From: an uncultured Ruminococcus sp.
Lineage (GTDB): Bacteria; Bacillota; Clostridia; Oscillospirales; Acutalibacteraceae
Assembly (NCBI GenBank): GCA_964600975.1
Contig: CAZRLC010000001.1
Coordinates: forward strand, 1-61,449
Reading direction: 5' to 3'
DNA: 61,449 nt
In this document: positions 1 to 10,451 of the stretch, in pieces
How the letters are laid out: each line of letters opens with the position of its first letter
Position numbering within the stretch: position 1 is the first letter of the stretch
Translations under genes and position numbers: made by a program
Notes under the pieces: generated by a model
Database searches by the model: none
The model's input: only the letters and a program-made list of their open reading frames with translations
What the model was told of the DNA's origin: nothing

Positions 1-1006
<1,006 letters not shown>

Positions 1007-1025
1007 TTAATTGCCCCTTCCTTAA

Positions 1026-4000
1026 TTAATATTCATCGCTGCCGTGGTCATCAAAGTCCAGCATATCGTCAACGTCCTCATAAATTGAGCTTTCGTCGAA
1101 CATATTGCCTTCCTCTGAGTCCTCGTCCAGTACAAAGCCGTCCATAGAGGTCATAACCTCGTCTTCCTGGAACTGTGCATCGTCAACTACAACGCCCAGA
1201 TCCTCGTCCTCGTCGAACTTCTGCTTCAGGTCGATTTCCTCGCCGTCTCTGTCCAGCACCTTAACATCAAGAGCAAGAGACTGGAGCTCCTTGATAAGAA
1301 CCTTGAAGGACTCGGGTATGCCGGGCATAGGAATGTTCTGACCCTTAACGATAGCCTCGTAGGTCTTGACACGTCCTGTAACGTCATCAGACTTAACTGT
1401 AAGGATTTCCTGAAGTGTATATGCTGCACCGTAAGCCTCAAGTGCCCAAACTTCCATCTCACCGAAACGCTGTCCGCCGAACTGAGCCTTACCGCCCAGA
1501 GGCTGCTGAGTAACCAGTGAGTAGGGACCTGTGGAACGAGCATGAATCTTGTCATCAACAAGATGATGCAGCTTGAGATAATACATATAACCTACGGTTA
1601 CGGGATTGTCGAAGTAGTCACCTGTTCTACCGTCACGGAGCCAGGTCTTGCATTCGTTTGTGATACCGTTCTGTCTCAGGCACTCGCCGAAGTCGATACC
1701 TGTAATCTGTGAACGGTCAGGATACTCGCCTCTGTCTGCTTTATCCTTCATCTCATCGTAAGCGGCGAAGATGTCGCTTTCGTGAGCGCCGTCAAACACA
1801 GGAGTCATAACCTTGAAGCCCAGAGCCTTGGCTGCATAGCCCAGGTGAACCTCAAGCACCTGACCGATGTTCATACGGGAAGGAACGCCCAGAGGATTGA
1901 GTACGATATCAAGAGGAGTACCGTCGGGCAGGTAGGGCATATCCTCAACAGGGAGAATTCTGGAAACAACACCCTTGTTACCATGACGACCTGCCATCTT
2001 ATCTCCGACGCTGATCTTTCTCTTCTGAGCAAGGTAGCAACGGACTACCTTATTTACACCGGGCTTCAGCTCGTCACGGCTGTTCTCACGGGTAAACACC
2101 TTAACATCAACAACGATACCGCTTTCGCCGTGGGGCACACGCAGGGAGGTATCTCTAACCTCTCTTGCCTTTTCGCCGAAGATAGCACGGAGAAGTCTCT
2201 CCTCTGCTGTTAGCTCAGTCTCACCCTTGGGTGTAACCTTACCTACCAGAATATCGTCAGCGTGAACCTCTGCACCGATGTGGATAATACCGTTCTCGTC
2301 CAGATCCTTAAGCATATCTTCGCCAACGTTGGGGATATCACGAGTGATTTCCTCGGGGCCCAGCTTTGTGTCTCTGGATTCGATTTCGTACTCTTCAATA
2401 TGAATAGATGTATAAACATCCTCACGAACAATTTTTTCGCTGATAAGAACAGCATCCTCGTAGTTGTAACCCTCCCAGGTCATAAAGCCAATGAGAGCAT
2501 TCTTACCAAGAGAAATCTCGCCGTCCTTAGTAGCAGGACCGTCAGCAAGTACGTCGCCCTTTGTGACTCTCTGGCCACGGGATACAACGGGAATCTGATT
2601 GATACAGGTACCCTGGTTGCTACGGAGGAACTTGATAACCTCGTAGTCCTTAATCTTGCCTGAGTCATACTGAACACGGATGCATCTTGCATCTGCGCTC
2701 ATAACAACGCCATCATCCTCAGCCAGAATACAAACGCCTGAGTCTGTACCTGCCTTGTACTCCATACCGGTGCCTACGATGGGACTCTCGGTAACAAGGA
2801 GGGGAACTGCCTGACGCTGCATGTTGGAGCCCATCAGAGCTCGGTTTGCGTCGTCGTTCTCCAGGAAGGGAATCATTGCAGTAGCAACGGATACAACCAT
2901 TCGGGGAGAAACGTCCATATAGTCAAACTTGGAAGCATCCAGATCAACGAACTCGTCGCGGTGTCTGCCGACAGCACGAGCGTTTACAAAGTGACCCTCT
3001 GCATCAAGAGGTGTGTTTGCCTGAGCAACGTAGAACTCGTCCTCCTGGTCGGCTGTCATATATACAACCTCGTCGGTAACAACGCCTCTCTCCTTGTCAA
3101 TCTTTCTGAATGAAGCCTCAACGAAGCCGTATTCGTTGATTCTGGAGAAAGTTGCCAGGTAAGAGATAAGTCCGATGTTAGGACCTTCGGGAGTTTCGAT
3201 AGGACACATTCTGCCGTAGTGGCTGTAGTGTACGTCTCGAACCTCGAAACCTGCTCTGTCTCGGGAAAGACCGCCGGGACCAAGAGCTGAGAGTCTTCTC
3301 TTGTGAGTTAGCTCTGCCAAGGGGTTGGTCTGGTCCATAAACTGAGAAAGAGGTGAGGATCCGAAGAATTCCTTGATTGCTGCAGTTACGGGACGAATAT
3401 TGATAAGGCTTGAGGGTGAAAGTGCCTCCAAATCCTGTGCCTGAAGAGTCATTCTCTCACGAACTACTCTCTCAAGACGGCTGAAGCCGATTCGAACCTG
3501 ATTCTGAAGAAGCTCACCTACGCAACGGATACGTCTGTTGCCCAGGTGGTCGATATCATCGGTAACACCGATGTGCTCTGCCAGACAATTCATATAGTTA
3601 ACAGAGGCAAAAATATCCTCGATAATGATGTGGTTGGGGATAAGCTCCTCACGACGGGAGGAGAGAGCCTCCTTAAGCTCCTCATCGGTGGAGCAGCTGT
3701 CCAGAATCTCGCAAAGTACAGGGAAGAACACCTTTTCGTTGATGCCACACTCTTCCTTGGCATCAAAGTCTACATAGCAGGAAATATCTACCATGTTGTT
3801 GGAGAGAATCTTAACGAGTCTGCCCTCAACGCTTACGAATACTTCCTTAACACCGGCGTTCTCAATTTCCATAGCCTTATCGCGGGAAACTGTGTCGCCA
3901 CGCATAGCAAGAACCTCGCCTGTACGGGGGTTAACGATATTGTCAGCCAGTACCTGACCTGCAAGTCTGCCGGAGATACCCAGCTTTTTGTTGTATTTAT

Positions 4001-4823
4001 ATCTGCCCACACGAGACATATCGTAACGTCTGGGCTCAAAGAACAGATTATTGAGATGTGTCTGAGCACTCTCTACTGTAGGAGGCTCAGAAGGACGAAG
4101 CTTTCTGTATACCTCCAGAAGACCTGTCTCAACGCTATCGGTGGTATCCTTGTCAAGAGTAGCTTTGATTCTTGCATCATCGCCGAACACCTCAAGGATA
4201 TCTGCGTTGGTACCCAGTCCCAATGCACGAAGAAGTACGGTTACGGGAATCTTACGATTTTTATCTATACGAACATAGAATACATCGTTGACGTCATTTT
4301 CATATTCCAGCCATGCACCGCGGTTAGGAATAACAGTTGAGGAGAACATCTCCTTACCTGTTTTGTCGTGCTCCATCTTGTAGTAAACACCGGGGCTACG
4401 AACCAGCTGAGAAACAATAACTCTCTCAGCACCGTTGATAACAAAGGTACCGCTGTCAGTCATGAGAGGGAATTCTCCCATAAATACATTGGACTCCTTA
4501 ATTTCGCCGGTTTCTTTGTTGAGAAGTCTGGCGGTTACACGAAGTGCTGCAGAATATGTTGCATCCCTCTCCTTACACTCAATAACAGAGTAATTGGGAT
4601 TGTCCACGTCCAGAGTGTAGTCGATGAAATCAAGAACCAGATTGCCGGAGTAATCGGTAATACCCGATACATCCTTGAATACCTCCTTGAGTCCCTCGTC
4701 TAAAAACCACTGGTAGGACTTTTTCTGCACCTCAATGAGATTGGGCATTCCGATGACTTCTTCAATCTTCGAGAAGCTTACTCTCTCGCTTTTGCCAAGC
4801 TGTACGTGCTTAACATTCTCCAT
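1026..4823 (-). CDS. rpoB: RNA polymerase beta subunit
   Basis: 1265 aa with [38 protein letters not shown] and GGQRFGEME motifs. Confidence 0.99.
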   Translation of the reverse strand: MENVKHVQLGKSERVSFSKIEEVIGMPNLIEVQKKSYQWFLDEGLKEVFKDVSGITDYSGNLVLDFIDYTLDVDNPNYSVIECKERDATYSAALRVTARLLNKETGEIKESNVFMGEFPLMTDSGTFVINGAERVIVSQLVRSPGVYYKMEHDKTGKEMFSSTVIPNRGAWLEYENDVNDVFYVRIDKNRKIPVTVLLRALGLGTNADILEVFGDDARIKATLDKDTTDSVETGLLEVYRKLRPSEPPTVESAQTHLNNLFFEPRRYDMSRVGRYKYNKKLGISGRLAGQVLADNIVNPRTGEVLAMRGDTVSRDKAMEIENAGVKEVFVSVEGRLVKILSNNMVDISCYVDFDAKEECGINEKVFFPVLCEILDSCSTDEELKEALSSRREELIPNHIIIEDIFASVNYMNCLAEHIGVTDDIDHLGNRRIRCVGELLQNQVRIGFSRLERVVRERMTLQAQDLEALSPSSLINIRPVTAAIKEFFGSSPLSQFMDQTNPLAELTHKRRLSALGPGGLSRDRAGFEVRDVHYSHYGRMCPIETPEGPNIGLISYLATFSRINEYGFVEASFRKIDKERGVVTDEVVYMTADQEDEFYVAQANTPLDAEGHFVNARAVGRHRDEFVDLDASKFDYMDVSPRMVVSVATAMIPFLENDDANRALMGSNMQRQAVPLLVTESPIVGTGMEYKAGTDSGVCILAEDDGVVMSADARCIRVQYDSGKIKDYEVIKFLRSNQGTCINQIPVVSRGQRVTKGDVLADGPATKDGEISLGKNALIGFMTWEGYNYEDAVLISEKIVREDVYTSIHIEEYEIESRDTKLGPEEITRDIPNVGEDMLKDLDENGIIHIGAEVHADDILVGKVTPKGETELTAEERLLRAIFGEKAREVRDTSLRVPHGESGIVVDVKVFTRENSRDELKPGVNKVVRCYLAQKRKISVGDKMAGRHGNKGVVSRILPVEDMPYLPDGTPLDIVLNPLGVPSRMNIGQVLEVHLGYAAKALGFKVMTPVFDGAHESDIFAAYDEMKDKADRGEYPDRSQITGIDFGECLRQNGITNECKTWLRDGRTGDYFDNPVTVGYMYYLKLHHLVDDKIHARSTGPYSLVTQQPLGGKAQFGGQRFGEMEVWALEAYGAAYTLQEILTVKSDDVTGRVKTYEAIVKGQNIPMPGIPESFKVLIKELQSLALDVKVLDRDGEEIDLKQKFDEDEDLGVVVDDAQFQEDEVMTSMDGFVLDEDSEEGNMFDESSIYEDVDDMLDFDDHGSDEY

Positions 4824-4983
4824 AGGCGTATCTCTCCTTGCTTAGAAATTCTGTGCCAATTAATGCCACAGGATAATTGCACAAACGAGCCACAACATTT
4901 GCACATTGCACCAATACCAACCACAGTATATTGGGCTAAATGGCAACAGAAAGCTTATCTCTGAGCTTCCAAAAAATTACCAC

Positions 4984-5012
4984 TTGACAACCAAGGCAAT
5001 GTGTGTTATAGT
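4984..5012 (+). promoter_or_regulatory. sigmaA-type promoter inside the rpoB leader, antisense to rpoB
   Basis: TTGACA(4984-4989)-17 bp-TATAGT(5007-5012) with an extended TGn. Confidence 0.6.
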
Positions 5013-5078
5013 CATCATTTTCGCAATCATCCGATTTTTGTGCGGAGGGTACATCCCCCCATAATGGTACATCTTGAT

Positions 5079-5107
5079 ATTATAAACACACCTTGTCAAC
5101 TTGTCAA
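5079..5107 (-). promoter_or_regulatory. sigmaA promoter of rpoBC
   Basis: Perfect TTGACA-17 bp-TATAAT on the minus strand, ~250 nt upstream of the rpoB start. Confidence 0.85.
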
Positions 5108-5195
5108 GGGGTTTGTTAAAAGTTTTTGCGAAAATTTGGAGGTTTGTTTCCTCCAAAGCAATATAACAGAAAATTGTAAAATCCTGTCAAAATCG

Positions 5196-5381
5196 CAAAC
5201 ACGCGGTACCGTTGATTGTTTTGTAAGTACCGAGCACCGTAGTTCACTCTGTTGCCCTGAGCAAAATGAACCGAGGTTGTTGGACCTCTCGTGATTTCTC
5301 GACAGGCTCGGGTAACATAGGCAGAGGACTAATGTTCTCCCCTGCGTGTACAGCCGCAGGTTGTCTTCACCTCTTTACTCC
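5196..5381 (-). ncRNA. Putative structured ncRNA, possibly a divergent 6S-like RNA
   Basis: Nested stems: ccgagccugu/acggugcucgg closes three hairpins. G-U pairs favour the minus strand. The 5' and 3' ends can pair. TATAAT lies just upstream at 5387-5392. Confidence 0.5.
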
Positions 5382-5400
5382 TCACTATTATATATTCATT

Positions 5401-5430
5401 AAAAAAAGCCCTTCCGAGGAAAGGCTTTTT
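5401..5430. terminator. Bidirectional intrinsic terminator
   Basis: aaaaaaagcc-ctt...aaaggcttttt hairpin flanked by A and T runs. Confidence 0.75.
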
Positions 5431-5454
5431 ATATCATATTCAGTTATATTCGCA

Positions 5455-6243
5455 TTAGCTGAGTCTGTCGGAGACGTAGGAAGCAAGGCCCTTCTTGATT
5501 TTTTCGGGACGAACCTTTTTACCCTTCATCTTCTTTGCGAACTTCCATGCTTTCTGAAGCTCCTCAGAAAGGAGAGGCTCGAACTTGTCTATATGCTTTT
5601 CGTCAATAGAGTTGAGGATAACCATAGTAATAATGGAGCGGGTGTCCATATCGCCGTTGGTGTACTGAGTGCTGATCATCTGAGCAAACTTGCTGATTTC
5701 ACCCTTGGTGCCTCTGGTGAGCATATCGTTTATCCTTGAGATAACATGGGTACGGATAAAATAGATAGCACGGAAGCTTTCGTAGTTATCCTGCTCGTCC
5801 TTAATCTCAGCCTTAAGCTCAGGGAAATAAGTGACGAATCTCTTGCAAAGGAACAGAGGGTCAGCATTACCCTCGTCACTGCTCTTCTTTTTCTTGGTCT
5901 GCTTAACTCGTTTTACGGCAACTGTGGTGCTGACTGCCTCAGAAAAATCGTTACCAATGGACTCAGCTTCCTTGTCGGTGTCGGTCTCGGGGTTAAACAT
6001 CCAGGTTGCTATGGACTTCCACTCATTGTCGGGACCATCCTCTGTCATTGTGCAGGAGCGAAGTACAACGTGCATTTTGTCAACATAATAAATAACAGAA
6101 TATGCAACGCTCTCCCCTGTGAAAAGTGTCACCAGCTCGGTGTCTGTGGAGCTTACCTTCTCACGGGTAAAGCCCTGAGGCTTCAGAGCATCTGCCACCT
6201 TATCGGTGATAATAGCGAATGCATTCTTGATTGCATTGTTCAT
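5455..6243 (-). CDS. Hypothetical protein (262 aa)
   Basis: Long ORF with GGAGG RBS and its own consensus promoter; family not recognised. Confidence 0.85.
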   Translation of the reverse strand: MNNAIKNAFAIITDKVADALKPQGFTREKVSSTDTELVTLFTGESVAYSVIYYVDKMHVVLRSCTMTEDGPDNEWKSIATWMFNPETDTDKEAESIGNDFSEAVSTTVAVKRVKQTKKKKSSDEGNADPLFLCKRFVTYFPELKAEIKDEQDNYESFRAIYFIRTHVISRINDMLTRGTKGEISKFAQMISTQYTNGDMDTRSIITMVILNSIDEKHIDKFEPLLSEELQKAWKFAKKMKGKKVRPEKIKKGLASYVSDRLS

Positions 6244-6308
6244 AATATATTCCTCCGTATATGAGTATTTTCAAAGCCATACTTAGCCAGTATATCATAA
6301 TCATAACT

Positions 6309-6337
6309 ATTATACATATAAGCCCTCTGTTTGTCAA
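6309..6337 (-). promoter_or_regulatory. sigmaA promoter for the 5455..6243 gene
   Basis: TTGACA-17 bp-TATAAT. Confidence 0.75.
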
Positions 6338-6388
6338 AGCATTTATCCGTTAATTTATTATTAAGTGAAAAAGCTCTCTTATCCCCTC

Positions 6389-6417
6389 TTGAAACTTACA
6401 TATAAATATGTTAAAAT
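6389..6417 (+). promoter_or_regulatory. sigmaA promoter for DUF1934-argS
   Basis: TTGAAA-17 bp-TAAAAT with TGn extension. Confidence 0.6.
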
Positions 6418-6468
6418 GTGTTGTTAGCATAGGAAAATTTGGCTTTTTTATAACAGAGATTTGACAAT

Positions 6469-6900
6469 ATGAAAGAAAATTACCTGATATCCGTCACGGG
6501 GACTCAGATTGTAGAAGGCGAAAGTGACACCATACGCCTTACTACCGTAGGCGAGTTCCTGTCAGACGGCGACTCATTCACAATTAGATACAAGGAATAC
6601 GATAACGACAACCCGGAGATTTGCTTTCTCAACACAGTAAAGGTTGAGGGCACTACGGTGACAGTTATCCGCGGAGGTGCCGCTCACTCCAGACTTATGC
6701 TGGAAAAAGGCAGACGACATCAATGCCACTACAACACCATGTTCGGCGACCTGATGGTAGGTGTATACACAGACTCAGTTGAGGTTAACTTGTGTAAAAG
6801 CGGGGGTACCCTCCGTGCCGGTTATACACTGGACTTCAACGCAGGACTTGTCAGCAAAAACGAAATATTCATAAAAGTTACAGAAAAAGAGGGAAACTGA
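6469..6900 (+). CDS. DUF1934 / YwiB-like beta-barrel protein
   Basis: 143 aa with YKE...LEKGRRHQCHYNTMFG pattern, in the usual position immediately upstream of argS. Confidence 0.85.
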   Translation: MKENYLISVTGTQIVEGESDTIRLTTVGEFLSDGDSFTIRYKEYDNDNPEICFLNTVKVEGTTVTVIRGGAAHSRLMLEKGRRHQCHYNTMFGDLMVGVYTDSVEVNLCKSGGTLRAGYTLDFNAGLVSKNEIFIKVTEKEGN

Positions 6901-6901
6901 A

Positions 6902-8638
6902 ATGTCAAAGACAACCGCAACCGCGTACTCACAGCTGAGAAATGCTATTGATACCGCCTTTCTTAAGGCTATGAACGAGGGACTTCTGCCGAAGGCAGAG
7001 CTTCCCGAATATATTATTGAGGCTCCTGCCAACCGTGTAAACGGCGACCTTGCCTCCAATGCCGCTATGGTAGGTGCCAGAGTGTTCCGTATGGCTCCTA
7101 TGAAGATTGCACAGGCTATAGCGGACTGTGTATCTCTGGATGATACACTCTTTGCCCGTTGCGAGGCTGCAGGTGCAGGTTTCCTTAATTTCTTCTTCAA
7201 GGCAGAGTACTTTGCTCAGGTTATCAAGGAGATACAGGATAAAGGCACAGACTACGGCAACAGCGACTTCGGTCAAAATAAAAAGTATATGGTGGAGTTT
7301 GTATCCGCCAACCCCACAGGACCTATGCATATGGGTAATGCCCGAGGAGGTGCTCTGGGTGACTGTCTTGCCTCGGTACTTCAGAAGGCAGGTTATGATG
7401 TGTTCAGAGAATTCTATGTAAACGATGCAGGTAATCAGATAGAAAAGTTTGCCTCTTCTCTGGAAGCAAGATACCTTCAGATTTACATCCCCGAGACTAT
7501 CTTCCCCGAGGACGGATATCAGGGCGGTGACATAACCGACCTTGCAAGGGAGTTTGCAGATATTAACGGTGATAAGCTTTTGAATGAAAGCTCCGAAAAC
7601 CGCCGTAAAGCACTTGTTGACTTCGCTCTGCCCAAGAACATCGCAAAGATGCAGACTGATATGAAGAAGTACCGCATTGAGTACGACAAGTGGTTCTTTG
7701 AGAGTGAGCTTCACGAAAGCGGCAAGGTACAGGCTATTGTTGACCTGCTGACTGACAAGGGGCTTACCTACGAAAAAGAGGGCGCCCTCTGGTACAAGAA
7801 CATCGAAGTCCTCACAAAGAAACTTCTAAGTGAAGGCAAGACTCAGGAAGAGATTGATAAGCTGGAGCTCAAGGATGATGTGCTTATCCGCCAAAACGGA
7901 AATCCCACCTACTTTGCTGCTGACATTGCCTATCACAAGGATAAATTTGACAGAGGCTTTGACACCTGTATTAACATTTGGGGTGCCGACCACCACGGCC
8001 ACGTTATGAGAATGAAGGGCGCTATGGATGCTATCGGCTACAACGGTGACAAGCTGGATATTGTTCTGATGCAACTTGTAAAGCTGATGCAGGGTGGCGA
8101 GATTGTAAAGATGAGTAAGCGTACCGGCAAAGCAATTCAGCTTTCTGATTTGCTGGATGAGGTACCTGTAGACAGCACTCGCTTTATGTTCAATACCAGA
8201 GAAGCAAACACTCAGATGGACTTTGATTTGGACTTAGCCGTTACTCAGGACAATCAGAATCCTGTGTACTATGTTCAGTACGCTCACGCCAGAATCTGCA
8301 GTATCTTCCGAAATCTGGAGGCTGACGGCATAACTCAGCGTGACTGCAGTATTGAGGAGCTTACTCTTCTAAAAGAAGCCGAGGAGCTGGAGCTTATCCA
8401 CCATCTGGCTGCATATACAGATGAGATTGTGGCTGCTGCTCAGAACTACGACCCCACCCGTATTACCAAGTATGTGACTACTCTTGCAACTCTGTTCCAC
8501 AAGTTCTACAACGCTCACAGAGTAAAATGCGGAGAGGAGTCCCTTACTCAGGCAAGACTCTCGCTGTGCGGTAGTGTAAGAACAGTTATAAACAATGTTC
8601 TGACTATGTTCTCTGTGTCCTGTCCTGAAAAGATGTAA
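6902..8638 (+). CDS. argS: Arginine--tRNA ligase
   Basis: VEFVSANPTGPMHMGNAR (HIGH-like), KMSKRTG and YVQYAHAR motifs. Confidence 0.98.
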   Translation: MSKTTATAYSQLRNAIDTAFLKAMNEGLLPKAELPEYIIEAPANRVNGDLASNAAMVGARVFRMAPMKIAQAIADCVSLDDTLFARCEAAGAGFLNFFFKAEYFAQVIKEIQDKGTDYGNSDFGQNKKYMVEFVSANPTGPMHMGNARGGALGDCLASVLQKAGYDVFREFYVNDAGNQIEKFASSLEARYLQIYIPETIFPEDGYQGGDITDLAREFADINGDKLLNESSENRRKALVDFALPKNIAKMQTDMKKYRIEYDKWFFESELHESGKVQAIVDLLTDKGLTYEKEGALWYKNIEVLTKKLLSEGKTQEEIDKLELKDDVLIRQNGNPTYFAADIAYHKDKFDRGFDTCINIWGADHHGHVMRMKGAMDAIGYNGDKLDIVLMQLVKLMQGGEIVKMSKRTGKAIQLSDLLDEVPVDSTRFMFNTREANTQMDFDLDLAVTQDNQNPVYYVQYAHARICSIFRNLEADGITQRDCSIEELTLLKEAEELELIHHLAAYTDEIVAAAQNYDPTRITKYVTTLATLFHKFYNAHRVKCGEESLTQARLSLCGSVRTVINNVLTMFSVSCPEKM

Positions 8639-8713
8639 TAAAGATGTAATGCTATAGTTATCTTTTATTATTTATTATAAATTATTAGGAGAAATTATTA
8701 GGAGGAAACAATA

Positions 8714-10360
8714 ATGAAAAAAATTAAACAAACACTTGCCTGTGTACTTGCGATGCTGATGCTCATAAGTGCTCTGCCTCTGAGTATATCTGCAGCAGAA
8801 ATTGAAGGAGATTACACCTACACTGTAAATAACGGTGAAGCTGTCATTATCTCTTTCAACAAGGACATAAGCGGTAAAGTAGTCATCCCCGACACTCTCG
8901 GCGGATACCCTGTAACCTCAATTGGCGGCGAAGCCTTCAGCAATTGTCTTTCCATAACAGAAGTAACAATCCCTGACAGCGTTACTACAATTGAGAGCGG
9001 TTGGCCGGGAGCATTTGTGGGATGCACAAAACTCTCCAAGATAAACTTCGGCACAGGCCTTACATCTATTGGTGACAATGCTTTTCAGAACTGCTCTGCT
9101 CTGAAAACTCTCACAATCCCCGACAGCGTAACCACAATCGGCTCCTATGCCTTTGCAGGTTGCTCAAGAATCACCGACCTTATTGTTGGCGACTCTGTAA
9201 CAACCATAAATTATCAGGCATTCAACGAATGCACAAACCTCGAAACCGTCACTCTTGGCAATGCTGTTGAGACTATCGGCGATTGGGCTTTTGAAAGTTG
9301 CATATCACTGCACACCGTCAACTTTGGCAACAGCCTAAAGACAATCGGTGAAAGTGCCTTCAGGTCCACCACAAGCCTCAAGGAAGTCAAGCTTCCCGAC
9401 TCTATGCAGACTATCTGCAGTAATGCTTTTTATCGGGCCGGACTTGAAAAGATTGACCTCGGAAACGGAATCACCACCCTGAACTCTGGAGCTTTCTTCA
9501 ATGCTACCTATCTTAAAAGCATTGTAATTCCTGACAGCGTTACAAGTATTGGCTACGGATGTTTTCAGAGTTGTGAAGCCCTTGAATCTGTTACAATAGG
9601 CTCAGGAGTTTCATCTATCCCCTCTTATGGCTTCAACAGTTGTGGTTCTTTGAGAACAGTTATCCTCGGAAGCAATGTAACCGAAATCTGTAATGACGGC
9701 TTTAGTAGCTGTCCTTCACTGAGCTATATTAATTTTGGCGACAGCCTTAAAACTATCGACCATCGTGCCTTTCTGGGTTGTAGCTCTCTTGTATACCTGA
9801 ACATTCCCGACACAGTTACAACAATTGGTGATGATGCATTCAAATGGTGCTCAGGACTTAAGATTGTAAACTTCGGCGAAAACCTTAACACTATCGGCGG
9901 CTGGGCGTTCCAGGGCTGCACTTCCATTGAAGCCATTAACTTCAAGAGCGTTACAGGTCTTGGCATCTATTCCTTTAGCGGTACCGAAAATCTGAAAAGA
10001 ATTTACTTCCCTGAGGTTCTCCAGACCATTGAGCATGATAGTTTTAATTCCAGTCCTAAGTTAACTGATGTATTCTATGCAAGTACAGAAAAAGACTGGG
10101 GATATGTTATAATCGGTGACTACAACGACTATCTGCTCAATGCAAAATACACCTATGGTTCAGGCTATACACCTGTAACAGGTGACACTAACCTTGACTG
10201 CGAAATAAACGTTAAAGATGCTACTAACATTCAGAAACACTTGGCAGAATTAGCTATATTTGATGATAGTACTGCTGACCTTGCTGACTTTAACAGCGAC
10301 AACAGACTGACTATTGCGGATGCTACCAGAATTCAGAAGAAGATTGCCGGACTTGTCTGA
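8714..10360 (+). CDS. Secreted BspA-type leucine-rich-repeat (LRR_5) protein with C-terminal dockerin
   Basis: Signal peptide, many IPDSVTTIGxxAFxxC repeats, and a C-terminal duplicated Ca-loop (GDTNLDCEINVKDAT...ADFNSDNRLTIADAT). Confidence 0.9.
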   Translation: MKKIKQTLACVLAMLMLISALPLSISAAEIEGDYTYTVNNGEAVIISFNKDISGKVVIPDTLGGYPVTSIGGEAFSNCLSITEVTIPDSVTTIESGWPGAFVGCTKLSKINFGTGLTSIGDNAFQNCSALKTLTIPDSVTTIGSYAFAGCSRITDLIVGDSVTTINYQAFNECTNLETVTLGNAVETIGDWAFESCISLHTVNFGNSLKTIGESAFRSTTSLKEVKLPDSMQTICSNAFYRAGLEKIDLGNGITTLNSGAFFNATYLKSIVIPDSVTSIGYGCFQSCEALESVTIGSGVSSIPSYGFNSCGSLRTVILGSNVTEICNDGFSSCPSLSYINFGDSLKTIDHRAFLGCSSLVYLNIPDTVTTIGDDAFKWCSGLKIVNFGENLNTIGGWAFQGCTSIEAINFKSVTGLGIYSFSGTENLKRIYFPEVLQTIEHDSFNSSPKLTDVFYASTEKDWGYVIIGDYNDYLLNAKYTYGSGYTPVTGDTNLDCEINVKDATNIQKHLAELAIFDDSTADLADFNSDNRLTIADATRIQKKIAGLV

Positions 10361-10390
10361 TTGATAATTAACAAATAAATACAAACAAAG

Positions 10391-10425
10391 AGCAGGTGCT
10401 GTGAATTTCACGGCACCTGCTTTTT
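10391..10425. terminator. Intrinsic terminator between the convergent LRR gene and secA
   Basis: agcaggtgctgtga-att-tcacggcacctgct followed by a T run. Confidence 0.8.
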
Positions 10426-10451
10426 ATGTGTTGTATTATTCTTTTTTAGAA

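Noticed and set aside
5196..5381. Known riboswitch (lysine, NiCo, SAM, THF, T-box), SRP RNA or raiA motif
   Set aside because: I could not find their conserved signature sequences by eye, and a separate strong promoter lies between this element and rpoB. A covariance-model search is still needed.
5001..5739. Plus-strand ORFs 5001..5294 and 5266..5739
   Set aside because: No RBS; they overlap promoters, the structured RNA candidate, a terminator and the antisense gene.
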